Virus genome (UHGV): UHGV-0236300
From: a virus
Length of the DNA stretch: 64,000 bases
Reading direction: 5' to 3' (one strand)
Shown: positions 35,423-44,228 of the stretch, piece by piece
Layout: each line of letters opens with the position of its first letter
How positions within the stretch are numbered: position 1 is the stretch's first letter
Made by a program: the position numbers and the translations under genes
The notes under the pieces: model-generated
Told to the model about the DNA's origin: nothing
Seen by the model: only the letters and a program-made list of their open reading frames with translations
Database searches by the model: none

Positions 35423-35451
35423 ATGATACTAAAGATCAAATGTTGTGTCAA
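35423..35451 (-). promoter_or_regulatory. hpf: sigma70 promoter (minus strand, TTGACA-N17-TATCAT) with a 5'-UTR hairpin
   Basis: Minus-strand TTGACA at 35451-35446, TATCAT at 35428-35423; hairpin AGAGGG-N7-CCCTCT (35395-35413) then SD AAGGAG before the hpf ATG. Confidence 0.5.
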
Positions 35452-35457
35452 CAGTTT

Positions 35458-35748
35458 TTACAGCTTGTCGTCGATAGTTTTTAAAATATCCACTGCAAGA
35501 TCTGCCATTTTACGAACATACTCTGCAAACTCAACAGGATCCTTGATCAATGAGTTCACAGGGTCATACCCTAAAGCGTTTAAAATGGCTACAGCATCCA
35601 CAACCTTCTCATCATTTGCGAAGATCTCACCGTCAAACTTGTAAGTCCATTTTGAGTCAATCTTGGCATGGCAGGATTGGTCCATGCTTATTACACCATC
35701 TTTTTTAAACGATTCGGTGTTATCAGTATCCAAAACTAAATCCATCAT
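35458..35748 (-). CDS. hypothetical protein
   Basis: ORF; no motif. Confidence 0.5.
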   Translation of the reverse strand: MMDLVLDTDNTESFKKDGVISMDQSCHAKIDSKWTYKFDGEIFANDEKVVDAVAILNALGYDPVNSLIKDPVEFAEYVRKMADLAVDILKTIDDKL

Positions 35749-35765
35749 GTAAGTACCCCACTATT

Positions 35766-36164
35766 TCAGCTTATCTTTTCTTCAACAACCCCGTAGCTCG
35801 GGGCAGAGTCAAGAGCTTTCTGGTTTAAAAGTGGTGTAGCAGAATCTGCAAACGGTGTCCAGGTTTTTGTTCTGGCATTCCAGTAATGCTTTACTCTGGA
35901 ATCTGGATGCACTATAACAAAAACTTTTTCACTTGTCAACACATTAATTTCTTCTACACCCTTGCTGATAATCTCTCCGTCATAGCCACCAGTCTGGTAT
36001 CCTTCGTACCAGGTTCTTGCATAGGCATAGCCAGCCTGCCAGCATGCAGCCTCCTCCGAGGTGGAGACTACGTAGAAGTCTTTCTCAAATTCGGGGATAC
36101 GCCCTTGCTTTACGCTCCAAGCTCCGCGAATTTTCATTGTAACTTTGAACAGTTTATTTTTCAC
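35766..36164 (-). CDS. hypothetical protein (paralog family C)
   Basis: Paralogous to 33563..33958. Confidence 0.55.
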   Translation of the reverse strand: MKNKLFKVTMKIRGAWSVKQGRIPEFEKDFYVVSTSEEAACWQAGYAYARTWYEGYQTGGYDGEIISKGVEEINVLTSEKVFVIVHPDSRVKHYWNARTKTWTPFADSATPLLNQKALDSAPSYGVVEEKIS

Positions 36165-36176
36165 AACAGTTCCCCA

Positions 36177-36431
36177 TCACAGCTCTAAAATATCTGCATC
36201 TGACCCTGTCCCAAAGGCATAATACGAGTCCTCTCCGAAATAATATTCCGGGGCACCAGCCGCGATCAGGTCTGATCCCAAGATGAACACCACATTGTGG
36301 CCTACATGGCTGTGATTTTGCCGCACAGGATCGTCCCACGGCAACCCTTCGAAGTATACAGCAGGTACTACCTTTCCTTTCAGGAAGGATTGTCCCAAGT
36401 AGACGTTAGAGTCAAGAATTTTAACCTTCAT
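36177..36431 (-). CDS. hypothetical protein (paralog family A)
   Basis: MKVKILD... and GSDLIAAGAPE shared with 36421..36645 and 40069..40302. Confidence 0.55.
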   Translation of the reverse strand: MKVKILDSNVYLGQSFLKGKVVPAVYFEGLPWDDPVRQNHSHVGHNVVFILGSDLIAAGAPEYYFGEDSYYAFGTGSDADILEL

Positions 36432-36645
36432 GATCGTCCTCCACTATCTCCACATCCTCTCCTAGGGCAAAGTTGTAGGTCCACTGACTGTCAAAGCATT
36501 CCTGGGATGCACCAGCGGCAATAAGATCTGCACCTTTTATTTTTAAAAGGTCAGGATAATCTTCGTTAGGGATAGCGGTAAACACTTTCCCCACTAAGGG
36601 CTCCTGACCAATATAGAAGCTTGAATCTAAAACTTTAACTTTCAT
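36421..36645 (-). CDS. hypothetical protein (paralog family A)
   Basis: MKVKVLD... and GADLIAAGAS motif. Confidence 0.55.
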   Translation of the reverse strand: MKVKVLDSSFYIGQEPLVGKVFTAIPNEDYPDLLKIKGADLIAAGASQECFDSQWTYNFALGEDVEIVEDDHEG

Positions 36646-36929
36646 CAGCGGTCTCCATCGGGCGGTTGTGGAACGTAAACACTGTTACGAATCTCGTCAG
36701 CAGTATAGTAACAAGTTTTCCCCTCTCTGTCTCTGGCAGCAATGTATTCAGCTATACCAATAAGTGCCATAGCCTTGGTTGCGTATCTCTTAAGCTCGTT
36801 AGCTCCCCAGCAAAATCTCTGCCAAAACGGTATGAAACCGAATAGGTACACTTTCTGTTTCACTATCCAATAAGTTCCTTTACAGATCACTTTAAACTCT
36901 GCAGCACTATTGCTAACACCATTGCTCAT
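36645..36929 (-). CDS. hypothetical protein
   Basis: ORF coupled to its neighbours. Confidence 0.45.
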   Translation of the reverse strand: MSNGVSNSAAEFKVICKGTYWIVKQKVYLFGFIPFWQRFCWGANELKRYATKAMALIGIAEYIAARDREGKTCYYTADEIRNSVYVPQPPDGDR

Positions 36930-36941
36930 TATCTTCTCCTT

Positions 36942-37226
36942 TTATTTTTCTGGATTTGGCAGATATTGCACATTGGCAGGAGGAACACCGGATAGCTCCC
37001 AAACAACCATAGTGCTGTACCCTGGCACACTTCTAACATTTAAAAGAGTAGGAGCACCAACACATTTAAACTTCCTTTTCCCAAATCCGTTCTCCATCAT
37101 AACCCAGTATCCGGTATCCTGATCACCGGGAATTTGTGTTCCATCATCGTCCACCCAGCGGACGGTCCATTTCGATACAGCAACAGCCTGGTATTTAAAC
37201 TTTTTAAACCACTCGAACAGTTTCAT
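36942..37226 (-). CDS. hypothetical protein
   Basis: ORF; no motif. Confidence 0.45.
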   Translation of the reverse strand: MKLFEWFKKFKYQAVAVSKWTVRWVDDDGTQIPGDQDTGYWVMMENGFGKRKFKCVGAPTLLNVRSVPGYSTMVVWELSGVPPANVQYLPNPEK

Positions 37227-37321
37227 AATTCAGCCTCGCATAGCCATAATAACTATAAACAGACAAAGAATGAATCCGAATGCCACGCCACCCATAAACG
37301 TTAATATTGATGCGACCATAA

Positions 37322-37507
37322 TCAATCAGCCTCGTTTGGCAGCTCTTCCATTTTGACATACCGGAAAGTGTTGCCGTAATAGTTGATCCATGACATCAGC
37401 TCACTTTCTTGCTCTTCCTCTGGGATGGACTCTCGAACGCTGACAAGTTTTAAGAAAACCCAATCACAATCCACCCCCATCCTACCAGACAGACAATAGT
37501 GCTTCAT
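37322..37507 (-). CDS. hypothetical protein
   Basis: Short ORF. Confidence 0.4.
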   Translation of the reverse strand: MKHYCLSGRMGVDCDWVFLKLVSVRESIPEEEQESELMSWINYYGNTFRYVKMEELPNEAD

Positions 37508-37525
37508 AAAACCCTCCCGCCTGGT

Positions 37526-37720
37526 TTAGAATACTGCTTCTTCCATTGCACCTGAGAGCAACAAAGAGGTAATCTGGCTAACATTCATCTCAGACTCCAC
37601 TTCCTCCCCTTTGAAAGGTTCGCGGCAGAATAGGACTGTTTCAGGATTTTTACTTCGAACAATATAATACAAATCATTCAAAGTGTTGTAGTAATAAGTG
37701 TTAAAACGTAAGTTTTTCAT
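37526..37720 (-). CDS. hypothetical protein
   Basis: Short ORF. Confidence 0.4.
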   Translation of the reverse strand: MKNLRFNTYYYNTLNDLYYIVRSKNPETVLFCREPFKGEEVESEMNVSQITSLLLSGAMEEAVF

Positions 37721-38004
37721 TTTCTAGTCCCCTTTTTAGATTTTTGTGCAGAAACGCTTTCTGCAATACGAGACAGGCGTTCTTCTGAAGCTTTACCTAC
37801 TCCAGGTTTCTTGAGCGGGCTATCTTTATGACCGCAATCCAATTGGATGCTAGATACATCCCCAACCTTGTAAGTCAATTCTAGCAAAAGGTTGTCGTCC
37901 TTGTCAAATGTTTTTACGATAAATTTTTTATCGTCCTCCTTAACTTCATATCTAGTACCTGCAGTGTACAGCATGGTGCCATCAGCGTAGGATATCCAGA
38001 TCAT
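37717..38004 (-). CDS. hypothetical protein
   Basis: ORF coupled to its neighbours. Confidence 0.45.
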   Translation of the reverse strand: MIWISYADGTMLYTAGTRYEVKEDDKKFIVKTFDKDDNLLLELTYKVGDVSSIQLDCGHKDSPLKKPGVGKASEERLSRIAESVSAQKSKKGTRK

Positions 38005-38321
38005 TGCACCTCCTTCTGCTGCAACAGCATCAACTCTTTGTTGGAAATCTTTACTGCTGTCTTTATTGTCCCATCTTCACGGAACCACGACCAGAATTCT
38101 ACAGTGTCACCACTATCAAGCAAGGCATGACCATGGTAAAAATCTTTGTCCTTAGACAGTTTCTCATCTATATCTGCATCGACACATTCGTGATCCATAG
38201 CATTCTGCCTGAATGCATCGGTTATGCCAATGCACGCCTTACTCTCAAGGCTGGTATACCCAATATCTTTTAATTCAGTTCCCAAGTCCAGTATCCTACA
38301 AAAGCTACAACAGCCACCCAC
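38001..38321 (-). CDS. hypothetical protein
   Basis: ORF with GTG start per track; start uncertain; a 26-codon hydrophobic mini-ORF overlaps the 5' end. Confidence 0.4.
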   Translation of the reverse strand: MGGCCSFCRILDLGTELKDIGYTSLESKACIGITDAFRQNAMDHECVDADIDEKLSKDKDFYHGHALLDSGDTVEFWSWFREDGTIKTAVKISNKELMLLQQKEVQ

Positions 38322-38407
38322 ATTAATATCGATTTAATCTTTGACATTCTCTCTACCTCTTTCTTAGTTTATTTAATTATGGCACATCCTTTGTGCCATA
38401 ATGCACA

Positions 38408-38869
38408 TTACTTAAACAACAGTTCAAAATAGTGCAAAATTAACAGAAGTTGAATTACGCCTAGCACAACGGCGAGTATGTTGATCTTAGAATCAAAAAA
38501 CTTCTTAACTTTTACCCTAAAAGGCTCCTTAATGTCCTTTACGATCCTATTTATAGATGATTTCATATCCCTGATTACCATCCTAAACATTAGGGACGGA
38601 TCTTCCTTCTCTGTAACGGAATCGAAAACATACTCTCTTCGGTCATAAGGACCTCCAGATCTGCGTATTAACCTCTCCACAGATACCTCGTACGACACAC
38701 CTGTAACGTAATCATCTATGACAAGTAGTGACGGATCTTTATCGTCCAAAGGTATTAAAGTTATCTTTCCAGATTTTGTTAAAATTTCTCCTTTTTCAAG
38801 CAGTGTGTACCAATGCTCTCTACCAAGGTTGTTGAGGCACGTTTTTACATATTTAACAAACATCGTCAC
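38408..38869 (-). CDS. hypothetical protein with C-terminal hydrophobic helix
   Basis: C-terminal ILAVVLGVIQLLLILHYF. Confidence 0.5.
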   Translation of the reverse strand: MTMFVKYVKTCLNNLGREHWYTLLEKGEILTKSGKITLIPLDDKDPSLLVIDDYVTGVSYEVSVERLIRRSGGPYDRREYVFDSVTEKEDPSLMFRMVIRDMKSSINRIVKDIKEPFRVKVKKFFDSKINILAVVLGVIQLLLILHYFELLFK

Positions 38870-39069
38870 CCCTCATCGCACGTCTGATATAGCCATTCTA
38901 TGAAATCTTGATACCACTCTCCCTCTGAGCGCTCCGTAGGCCAATAATCTTCCCCCTCTCTTGCATTAAAATCTGAGTATTCAACTTTCCACTCCTTTAC
39001 CAGCTCGTGGAGAAGGTTTTCAGCCTGTTCTAAGGATTTATTTTTTGTCATTACTGTCCCCTTTTTCAA
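38866..39069 (-). CDS. hypothetical protein
   Basis: Short ORF; likelier start at internal ATG (MTKNKSL) after SD AAAAGGGGA. Confidence 0.45.
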   Translation of the reverse strand: MKKGTVMTKNKSLEQAENLLHELVKEWKVEYSDFNAREGEDYWPTERSEGEWYQDFIEWLYQTCDEG

Positions 39070-39271
39070 GATAATTATACATCAGCGCCGCACCACCCAA
39101 AATGGCTACCAGCAGTAATACCCCAGAGAGCATTTCAATAAACATGGCTTGAAACATTAGAAGGCCCCCTCTAATTTCACGCACCATTTTAAATACATAT
39201 TCTTTTCCCATAAAGGTGCCCGGCTAAGATCTGTGTAGAACGCAATCTCTTTAAGAACAGTATAAACAGTT

Positions 39272-39508
39272 TTAGGTGCGGTATCCATCCCTACTCTCCT
39301 TTTTCTCCTTACGGGTATTCTTGTAGTAATCAACCAGACACATTATTACGATGAAGACAACCACAGGCCAAAAAGGTGCAGCAGTGATGATGGTGATAAA
39401 ATCATCAAACTTCACCCTTCGTGTAGACACGATGCATATACCTGTCAAGATTACTGCTGTTATAACAGCTACTACTAGGTAACCTATTAGCACAGCATTT
39501 ATACTCAT
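39272..39508 (-). CDS. small two-TM membrane protein with charged C-terminal tail (holin-like topology)
   Basis: Two hydrophobic segments (LIGYLVVAVITAVILTGICIV; ITAAPFWPVVVFIVIMCLV) and a Lys/Arg/Glu-rich C-terminus. Confidence 0.45.
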   Translation of the reverse strand: MSINAVLIGYLVVAVITAVILTGICIVSTRRVKFDDFITIITAAPFWPVVVFIVIMCLVDYYKNTRKEKKESRDGYRT

Positions 39509-39526
39509 TGGCTCCTCCTTCGTAGG

Positions 39527-40072
39527 TTAAATTGTGCACTTCAGGTGGTTGTCGATGGTGTCAAGAAAATTATCCCGTTCTTTCTCAGAGTTTTCACGGA
39601 TGTAGCTGAAAAACATATCTAGAATAACCTTATTGATATATTCCAACTCCTCTGTGTTCAAGTACTTAGCAGGATCTACAATGACATCCCAAGTATCATA
39701 CAGACCGCACTCATGATACCCCCAACGCCGCTCAATTGTCAAACTGATCGGCAAATCTTTACCGTCACAAACAACCCTCCATCTACAGATACTGGTATCT
39801 GGGCGTACCTGTGCACGGTATACCTGTACAAAATCCAATTTGAATTTGAGGTACTCGTCATACAATTTAAGCACAAAGCTCTCGATTTGTGGAGACACTT
39901 TTGCAGCAAACTGTGCGTATTTGTACTTGCACTGGATGATCTTTCTGCGTTTTGCAGTTAAATTTTTTGCAGCCAGTTGTTCTTCAGTGTACCTCCACCT
40001 ACGATCAACAAACGCAACAGGGTCTTTGTCCCCATAGAGGTCTTCCCAGTTAATCAGAAGCATACCTGTCAC
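39527..40072 (-). CDS. hypothetical protein
   Basis: ORF; no motif. Confidence 0.55.
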   Translation of the reverse strand: MTGMLLINWEDLYGDKDPVAFVDRRWRYTEEQLAAKNLTAKRRKIIQCKYKYAQFAAKVSPQIESFVLKLYDEYLKFKLDFVQVYRAQVRPDTSICRWRVVCDGKDLPISLTIERRWGYHECGLYDTWDVIVDPAKYLNTEELEYINKVILDMFFSYIRENSEKERDNFLDTIDNHLKCTI

Positions 40073-40302
40073 TCCTCCACAACTTCAAGGCCTTTACCGC
40101 CTCGCTCTGGCAGATTGCCTAAAGATAGGTAATACGTATAATCAGGAGAGATCCTACCAGACTCTGCACCTGCAGCTAGTAAATATTTTCCCTTAACCAT
40201 GACAACATTATCGTTTGCAGATAGCCGTTTTGCTTCCACAATTTTACCAACGCAGTCAACCAAGGAAGGGTACCCTAAATCTGTAAGAAATTTAACTTTC
40301 AT
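40069..40302 (-). CDS. hypothetical protein (paralog family A)
   Basis: MKVKFLTD... and KYLLAAGAESG resemble family A. Confidence 0.55.
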   Translation of the reverse strand: MKVKFLTDLGYPSLVDCVGKIVEAKRLSANDNVVMVKGKYLLAAGAESGRISPDYTYYLSLGNLPERGGKGLEVVEE

Positions 40303-40341
40303 GCTACCTCCTACTTCTACCGTCCCTGGTAAGATAAATTA

Positions 40342-40740
40342 TTACTGAACAGAGCGCGGAGCTGGGAAGGATAACTCTTCTAAAGAGAATATTTCATTTC
40401 CCACAATCCATGTTGCCGGATCATCCGGGTTGACTGGATAGATAATCATCACCTCATCAGTGTTACATACCCGCTTTTTACCTGTGGAGTTATCAGCAAC
40501 TAGCATGCGAGGCTCTTCAGAGATACACAGGTATCCGCCACGTCCAACTGTCCCTTCTACAGGGTCCTGACCTTTTATTACGATGAATATCTTCTCTCCT
40601 GAGGTGATATTACCTTGCACACTTACCGTTTGACCAACCTTGGATGTACCAATCTTAGTGACTTCGAACATTACATCACGGATAACTGTTGCATAGTTAC
40701 CAGAGACTTTCTTACCTTCTTCAGTAATCTCAATCTTCAT
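40342..40740 (-). CDS. hypothetical protein
   Basis: ORF; no motif. Confidence 0.55.
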   Translation of the reverse strand: MKIEITEEGKKVSGNYATVIRDVMFEVTKIGTSKVGQTVSVQGNITSGEKIFIVIKGQDPVEGTVGRGGYLCISEEPRMLVADNSTGKKRVCNTDEVMIIYPVNPDDPATWIVGNEIFSLEELSFPAPRSVQ

Positions 40741-40976
40741 AATCTAGGCTCCTTAAATGAATCTATATAGTCAATTAAATCCCAAGCATCCCTATGACCT
40801 GTCAGAGGGTATACTTCTCCAAGAGGGATCATAGCAATAAGCCTATCAAAAACCCAGTCTGGACGCAACATTTTATGATGATATTCCCACTCACCTTCCA
40901 CAGATTTTTTCTGAGTGATCAGAATCTCTGTGTAGTGTTTTGCCTGTCTTGAGTAAATTGAAAATGACTTATACAT
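40737..40976 (-). CDS. hypothetical protein
   Basis: ORF coupled to the downstream gene. Confidence 0.5.
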   Translation of the reverse strand: MYKSFSIYSRQAKHYTEILITQKKSVEGEWEYHHKMLRPDWVFDRLIAMIPLGEVYPLTGHRDAWDLIDYIDSFKEPRL

Positions 40977-41013
40977 AGATGACCCCCCCTCTTGTTGAAA
41001 ACAAAATACACTA

Positions 41014-41298
41014 CTACCAGGTCACTGTCAAGTAGGCAACTGTGTTATTTTTCTCCGGGGAGATGCCAACAACATCCACCCGCAGACCTCCTGCCCTCAA
41101 ATCCCCAACGATGTGTGGGAAGTAGTCTGAGAGGTGTGATGGAAGATTTATCGAAAATCCGCATCCCAGAAAGCCTGCTAACGCCTTATTTTGTATCTCC
41201 CCTACAATCGCATCATAAATGGAGTTAAGCTCGTCAGGGAGAGTTACAGGACGTTTTAGCGCTAACTGGTGCAACTTGTCCTTAGCACTCATTTTCAT
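41014..41298 (-). CDS. hypothetical protein
   Basis: Track ORF 41014..41367; likelier start is the internal ATG forming an ATGA overlap with the MTase stop. Confidence 0.45.
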   Translation of the reverse strand: MKMSAKDKLHQLALKRPVTLPDELNSIYDAIVGEIQNKALAGFLGCGFSINLPSHLSDYFPHIVGDLRAGGLRVDVVGISPEKNNTVAYLTVTW

Positions 41299-41828
41299 TT
41301 CAAGTCTGCCTCCGGAGGTGCCAACCACATAAATGGTGGTAGGTCTAAACGGTTCTTCTTGTCCCACACAAAATATGCATATGCTTGCCCGTCAGTTCTG
41401 CCATTAGATTGGAATGATGGACGCTTAGATATTGTGATCACAGTGGTAGGGGCATTATCAAGCCACCATTCAAATCTGGCCTTGCTTTCCAGAAAATTAA
41501 GACGCAAAAGCATAATAACTACGTCAGCATCTTTCAACGCCTTGTCCACAAACTCACGAGCCAGGCTGTACGGCGGGTTGGTGATAATACAGTCAACATG
41601 GTTGTATTCCGTATTCAGATAGTCAACACCTTCTTGGATTTCTCCCCATGCAGATCCTAACGGCATACGGGAGTAGAATACACCTGAGGCGCTATTCCTG
41701 CAAGGCTCCAAATAGGTCCAATCTTCTGGGAACGGAATGAGGTTATACAACCCTTCTGCACACCACTCTGGTGTCACATATTCATCATAGGCGTTACGTT
41801 GTTCGTCAGGTTTTCTAGCACAAGTCAT
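41295..41828 (-). CDS. small DNA N6-adenine methyltransferase (phage Dam-like)
   Basis: Catalytic motif IV ITNPPYS; small size (177 aa) as in phage T1-type Dam proteins. Confidence 0.6.
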   Translation of the reverse strand: MTCARKPDEQRNAYDEYVTPEWCAEGLYNLIPFPEDWTYLEPCRNSASGVFYSRMPLGSAWGEIQEGVDYLNTEYNHVDCIITNPPYSLAREFVDKALKDADVVIMLLRLNFLESKARFEWWLDNAPTTVITISKRPSFQSNGRTDGQAYAYFVWDKKNRLDLPPFMWLAPPEADLK

Positions 41829-41840
41829 GCAAATCTCCAG

Positions 41841-41865
41841 ATCATAAAAGCCCTCCGAAGAGGGC
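41841..41865 (-). terminator. rho-independent terminator (minus strand)
   Basis: On the minus strand GCCCTC-TTCG-GAGGGC followed by TTTTATGAT, directly after the ClpP-like gene stop. Confidence 0.6.
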
Positions 41866-41879
41866 TTTAAGATTAATGT

Positions 41880-42929
41880 TTAAGCTTCTTCGACAATTCC
41901 TGCGCCCAGGATTTTTTCATTGAGCTCTTTTGCTGTTTTAATAATATTGTCAACCAGACGCTTGCGGGTCTTATCTTTAACCTGAACTTCTTCACCTCCG
42001 TTCAGGGTGGTTTTCAATTGGGACAAAATGTCCTGAAGCTCTACCACAGAGAATCGCTGCAGATCTTCCGAGGTAATCTCACCCAGTGCAATCTTAACGG
42101 TCTCACCACTCTCCATCTGCAGATTCAGGAACACAGTGTGAACATCACCTTTCATACCATTTGCTTTTGCAGACTCAACAGCATGAACCAGCTCGTCCAG
42201 AGATGTGCATTGGTGAATCTCTGGCAAACCTGCTTCACCTAGCACACCTTCTTCATCACTTTTTGCCAAAAGCTTTTTCGGTTTCTGTCCATTCTGAATG
42301 TGCTGAATGTTTTCATCGTCCAGAATGATAGCACCAGTTCGAGATGCCAGCTCTTCTCCATCCAACCACACTTCGCCACCAGCTGTGATGGATGCGATCT
42401 CATCTTCTGTCAGAACCCCACCGTAGTATTTTTCAATCAGGCGTTCAAAACGTTTCTTCCAGTAGTTAACCTGGGTATTCATGTTCACACCGTTGCCATA
42501 GGTGCCACCTTGATAGTAGTGGAACATAAACTCTGTGTCCGGAGCCACAGTTCGTTCTTTGCACCCCAGCCATAAGATTGTTCCTGCTGAGCAGCACATC
42601 CCTTCAGCGTGTACAACAACGCTTGCCTGAGACTCGCGAAATGCCTGCAAATACGCCATAGCAATGTGAACGCAACCACCAGGGCTGTTAATGATTACAC
42701 GGATACTTTCTTCTGGCTGTGCCATACGAATTGTTTGCAAACGTGACATATGATCCTGCAAGTCTTCAAGATCGTCAATATAAAGGACGTGGTCAACAAC
42801 TGGCGTTGGGTAGCTATATGTTTCCATAATACCACCAGGCATACCGAACATTTTATTACTCATCGGTTCGAAGCCGTTCTGTTTTTCTTTCATACCGTGT
42901 ACCATGGTGCTACGAGGTGTTAAATTCAT
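41880..42929 (-). CDS. ClpP-family serine protease-like protein with C-terminal extension
   Basis: INSPGG motif, candidate catalytic Ser in GMCCSAG and His in FMFHYY; ~150-aa acidic C-terminal extension; start uncertain. Confidence 0.65.
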   Translation of the reverse strand: MNLTPRSTMVHGMKEKQNGFEPMSNKMFGMPGGIMETYSYPTPVVDHVLYIDDLEDLQDHMSRLQTIRMAQPEESIRVIINSPGGCVHIAMAYLQAFRESQASVVVHAEGMCCSAGTILWLGCKERTVAPDTEFMFHYYQGGTYGNGVNMNTQVNYWKKRFERLIEKYYGGVLTEDEIASITAGGEVWLDGEELASRTGAIILDDENIQHIQNGQKPKKLLAKSDEEGVLGEAGLPEIHQCTSLDELVHAVESAKANGMKGDVHTVFLNLQMESGETVKIALGEITSEDLQRFSVVELQDILSQLKTTLNGGEEVQVKDKTRKRLVDNIIKTAKELNEKILGAGIVEEA

Positions 42930-42990
42930 GTGAGGTCCTTAATGTTGGAAAGTTAAAAGCGATCTATTTAAACCTGATTATCATTTACCT

Positions 42991-43302
42991 TTATTTAGCA
43001 ATTACCATGGAATACTTACAATTGTCAGAAGCATCACAGGTCAACGATTGCCAGTCTACAACATACCACGTATCATTGTCAACAATTACTTTATCGCCTG
43101 TTCTGTAAAAGGTGTTGCTTTCAATAACACGAGACTCAGTGAAGAATCGGTGTCTCCGCTCACGCAGTAGTGCTAAGTTGATTATATTACCACCGCTGTC
43201 CTTAATCCACACATTCTTGTATCCTTTGTTTGCCAAAATTGTCTCGCCGTTATAGACAAATAGGCAGTATATTTTATTCAGTCTCTCTTGTATTGTAGCC
43301 AT
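42991..43302 (-). CDS. hypothetical protein
   Basis: ORF; no motif. Confidence 0.5.
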   Translation of the reverse strand: MATIQERLNKIYCLFVYNGETILANKGYKNVWIKDSGGNIINLALLRERRHRFFTESRVIESNTFYRTGDKVIVDNDTWYVVDWQSLTCDASDNCKYSMVIAK

Positions 43303-43401
43303 ACTGTCATTCTCCTTGCCTTGTTCGATAATATCTAAAACTTATCCGTTTGTCAACAATTGTTTTAGGTATTTAAGGGTGGAATAAACCACCCTTTTGT
43401 A

Positions 43402-44190
43402 TTACTCGGAAACAGGGGTCCAAATATGATTTGCACGATCCTCAATGAGATTGAGTGCAATCTGACGACCCAACCCGGAACGAACAACATCGTCTGGACT
43501 ATCAAAGCTGATCATTCCGACCTCAGGATCTGGATGGCGAGTAAAGAAATCCGTAACCCACGCAAGGCCAGATTTACCAGGAATGTCACGTTGGCTGTTA
43601 TCGCCCATAATTACAAGGGTTGCCTGATCAGAGATCCTTGTGATGATTGACAACATCTCTTCAGGGTTGGTTTGCTGTGCTTCATCAATAAGGACAAAGC
43701 ATCGTTCATCAAAACTACGACCACGAATGCTTTCAACCTCACAAATCTCGATACGGCTGTTCTGACCATCCCCAAGCATTGCTGCAAAAGCACCTTTGCC
43801 GACACGTTTGCAAATCGTGTCCATCATACTGCGAAGGTAAGGCCACAGTTTCTGCATTGCATTTCCAGGTTTAAATCCTGAAGTCTTTCCTGTTTGAACG
43901 TAAGGGCGTGCAACAATGATCTTATCAATCTCGTTCTTACGCAAAAGATCACCTGCATATGCGGATGCCATGAATGTCTTACCGGATCCAAACACACCGT
44001 TTACAATAATAATCTTACGCGATCCTAGATAATCAAGATACTTTTGCTGCTTTTTGTTCATTGGTCTAAGAGCTGGAGCTGTGTGCTCTCGTTCGTCAGC
44101 AAATTTCTCAGCAGCCTTACGCAGGCGATCAGATTTGCGAGCCTCTCTGGCTTCATCACGCATGCGTTTTGTTTCTTTAGCTCGACCCAT
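43402..44190 (-). CDS. phoH: PhoH-like ATPase
   Basis: Walker A GVFGSGKTF, Walker B-like VLIDEAQ; PhoH family architecture. Confidence 0.8.
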   Translation of the reverse strand: MGRAKETKRMRDEAREARKSDRLRKAAEKFADEREHTAPALRPMNKKQQKYLDYLGSRKIIIVNGVFGSGKTFMASAYAGDLLRKNEIDKIIVARPYVQTGKTSGFKPGNAMQKLWPYLRSMMDTICKRVGKGAFAAMLGDGQNSRIEICEVESIRGRSFDERCFVLIDEAQQTNPEEMLSIITRISDQATLVIMGDNSQRDIPGKSGLAWVTDFFTRHPDPEVGMISFDSPDDVVRSGLGRQIALNLIEDRANHIWTPVSE

Positions 44191-44228
44191 GTTGGGACTC
44201 CTTTCAGATTGAGATGTGTCAAGGACTT

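Noticed and set aside
38330-38400. Plus-strand promoter TTGACA-N17-TTAGTT at ~38341 and a 10-bp palindrome TTATGGCACA-N4-TGTGCCATAA at ~38375
   Set aside because: No plus-strand gene lies downstream and the -10 is weak; the palindrome may be a minus-strand terminator or operator, but without a U-run the evidence is insufficient.
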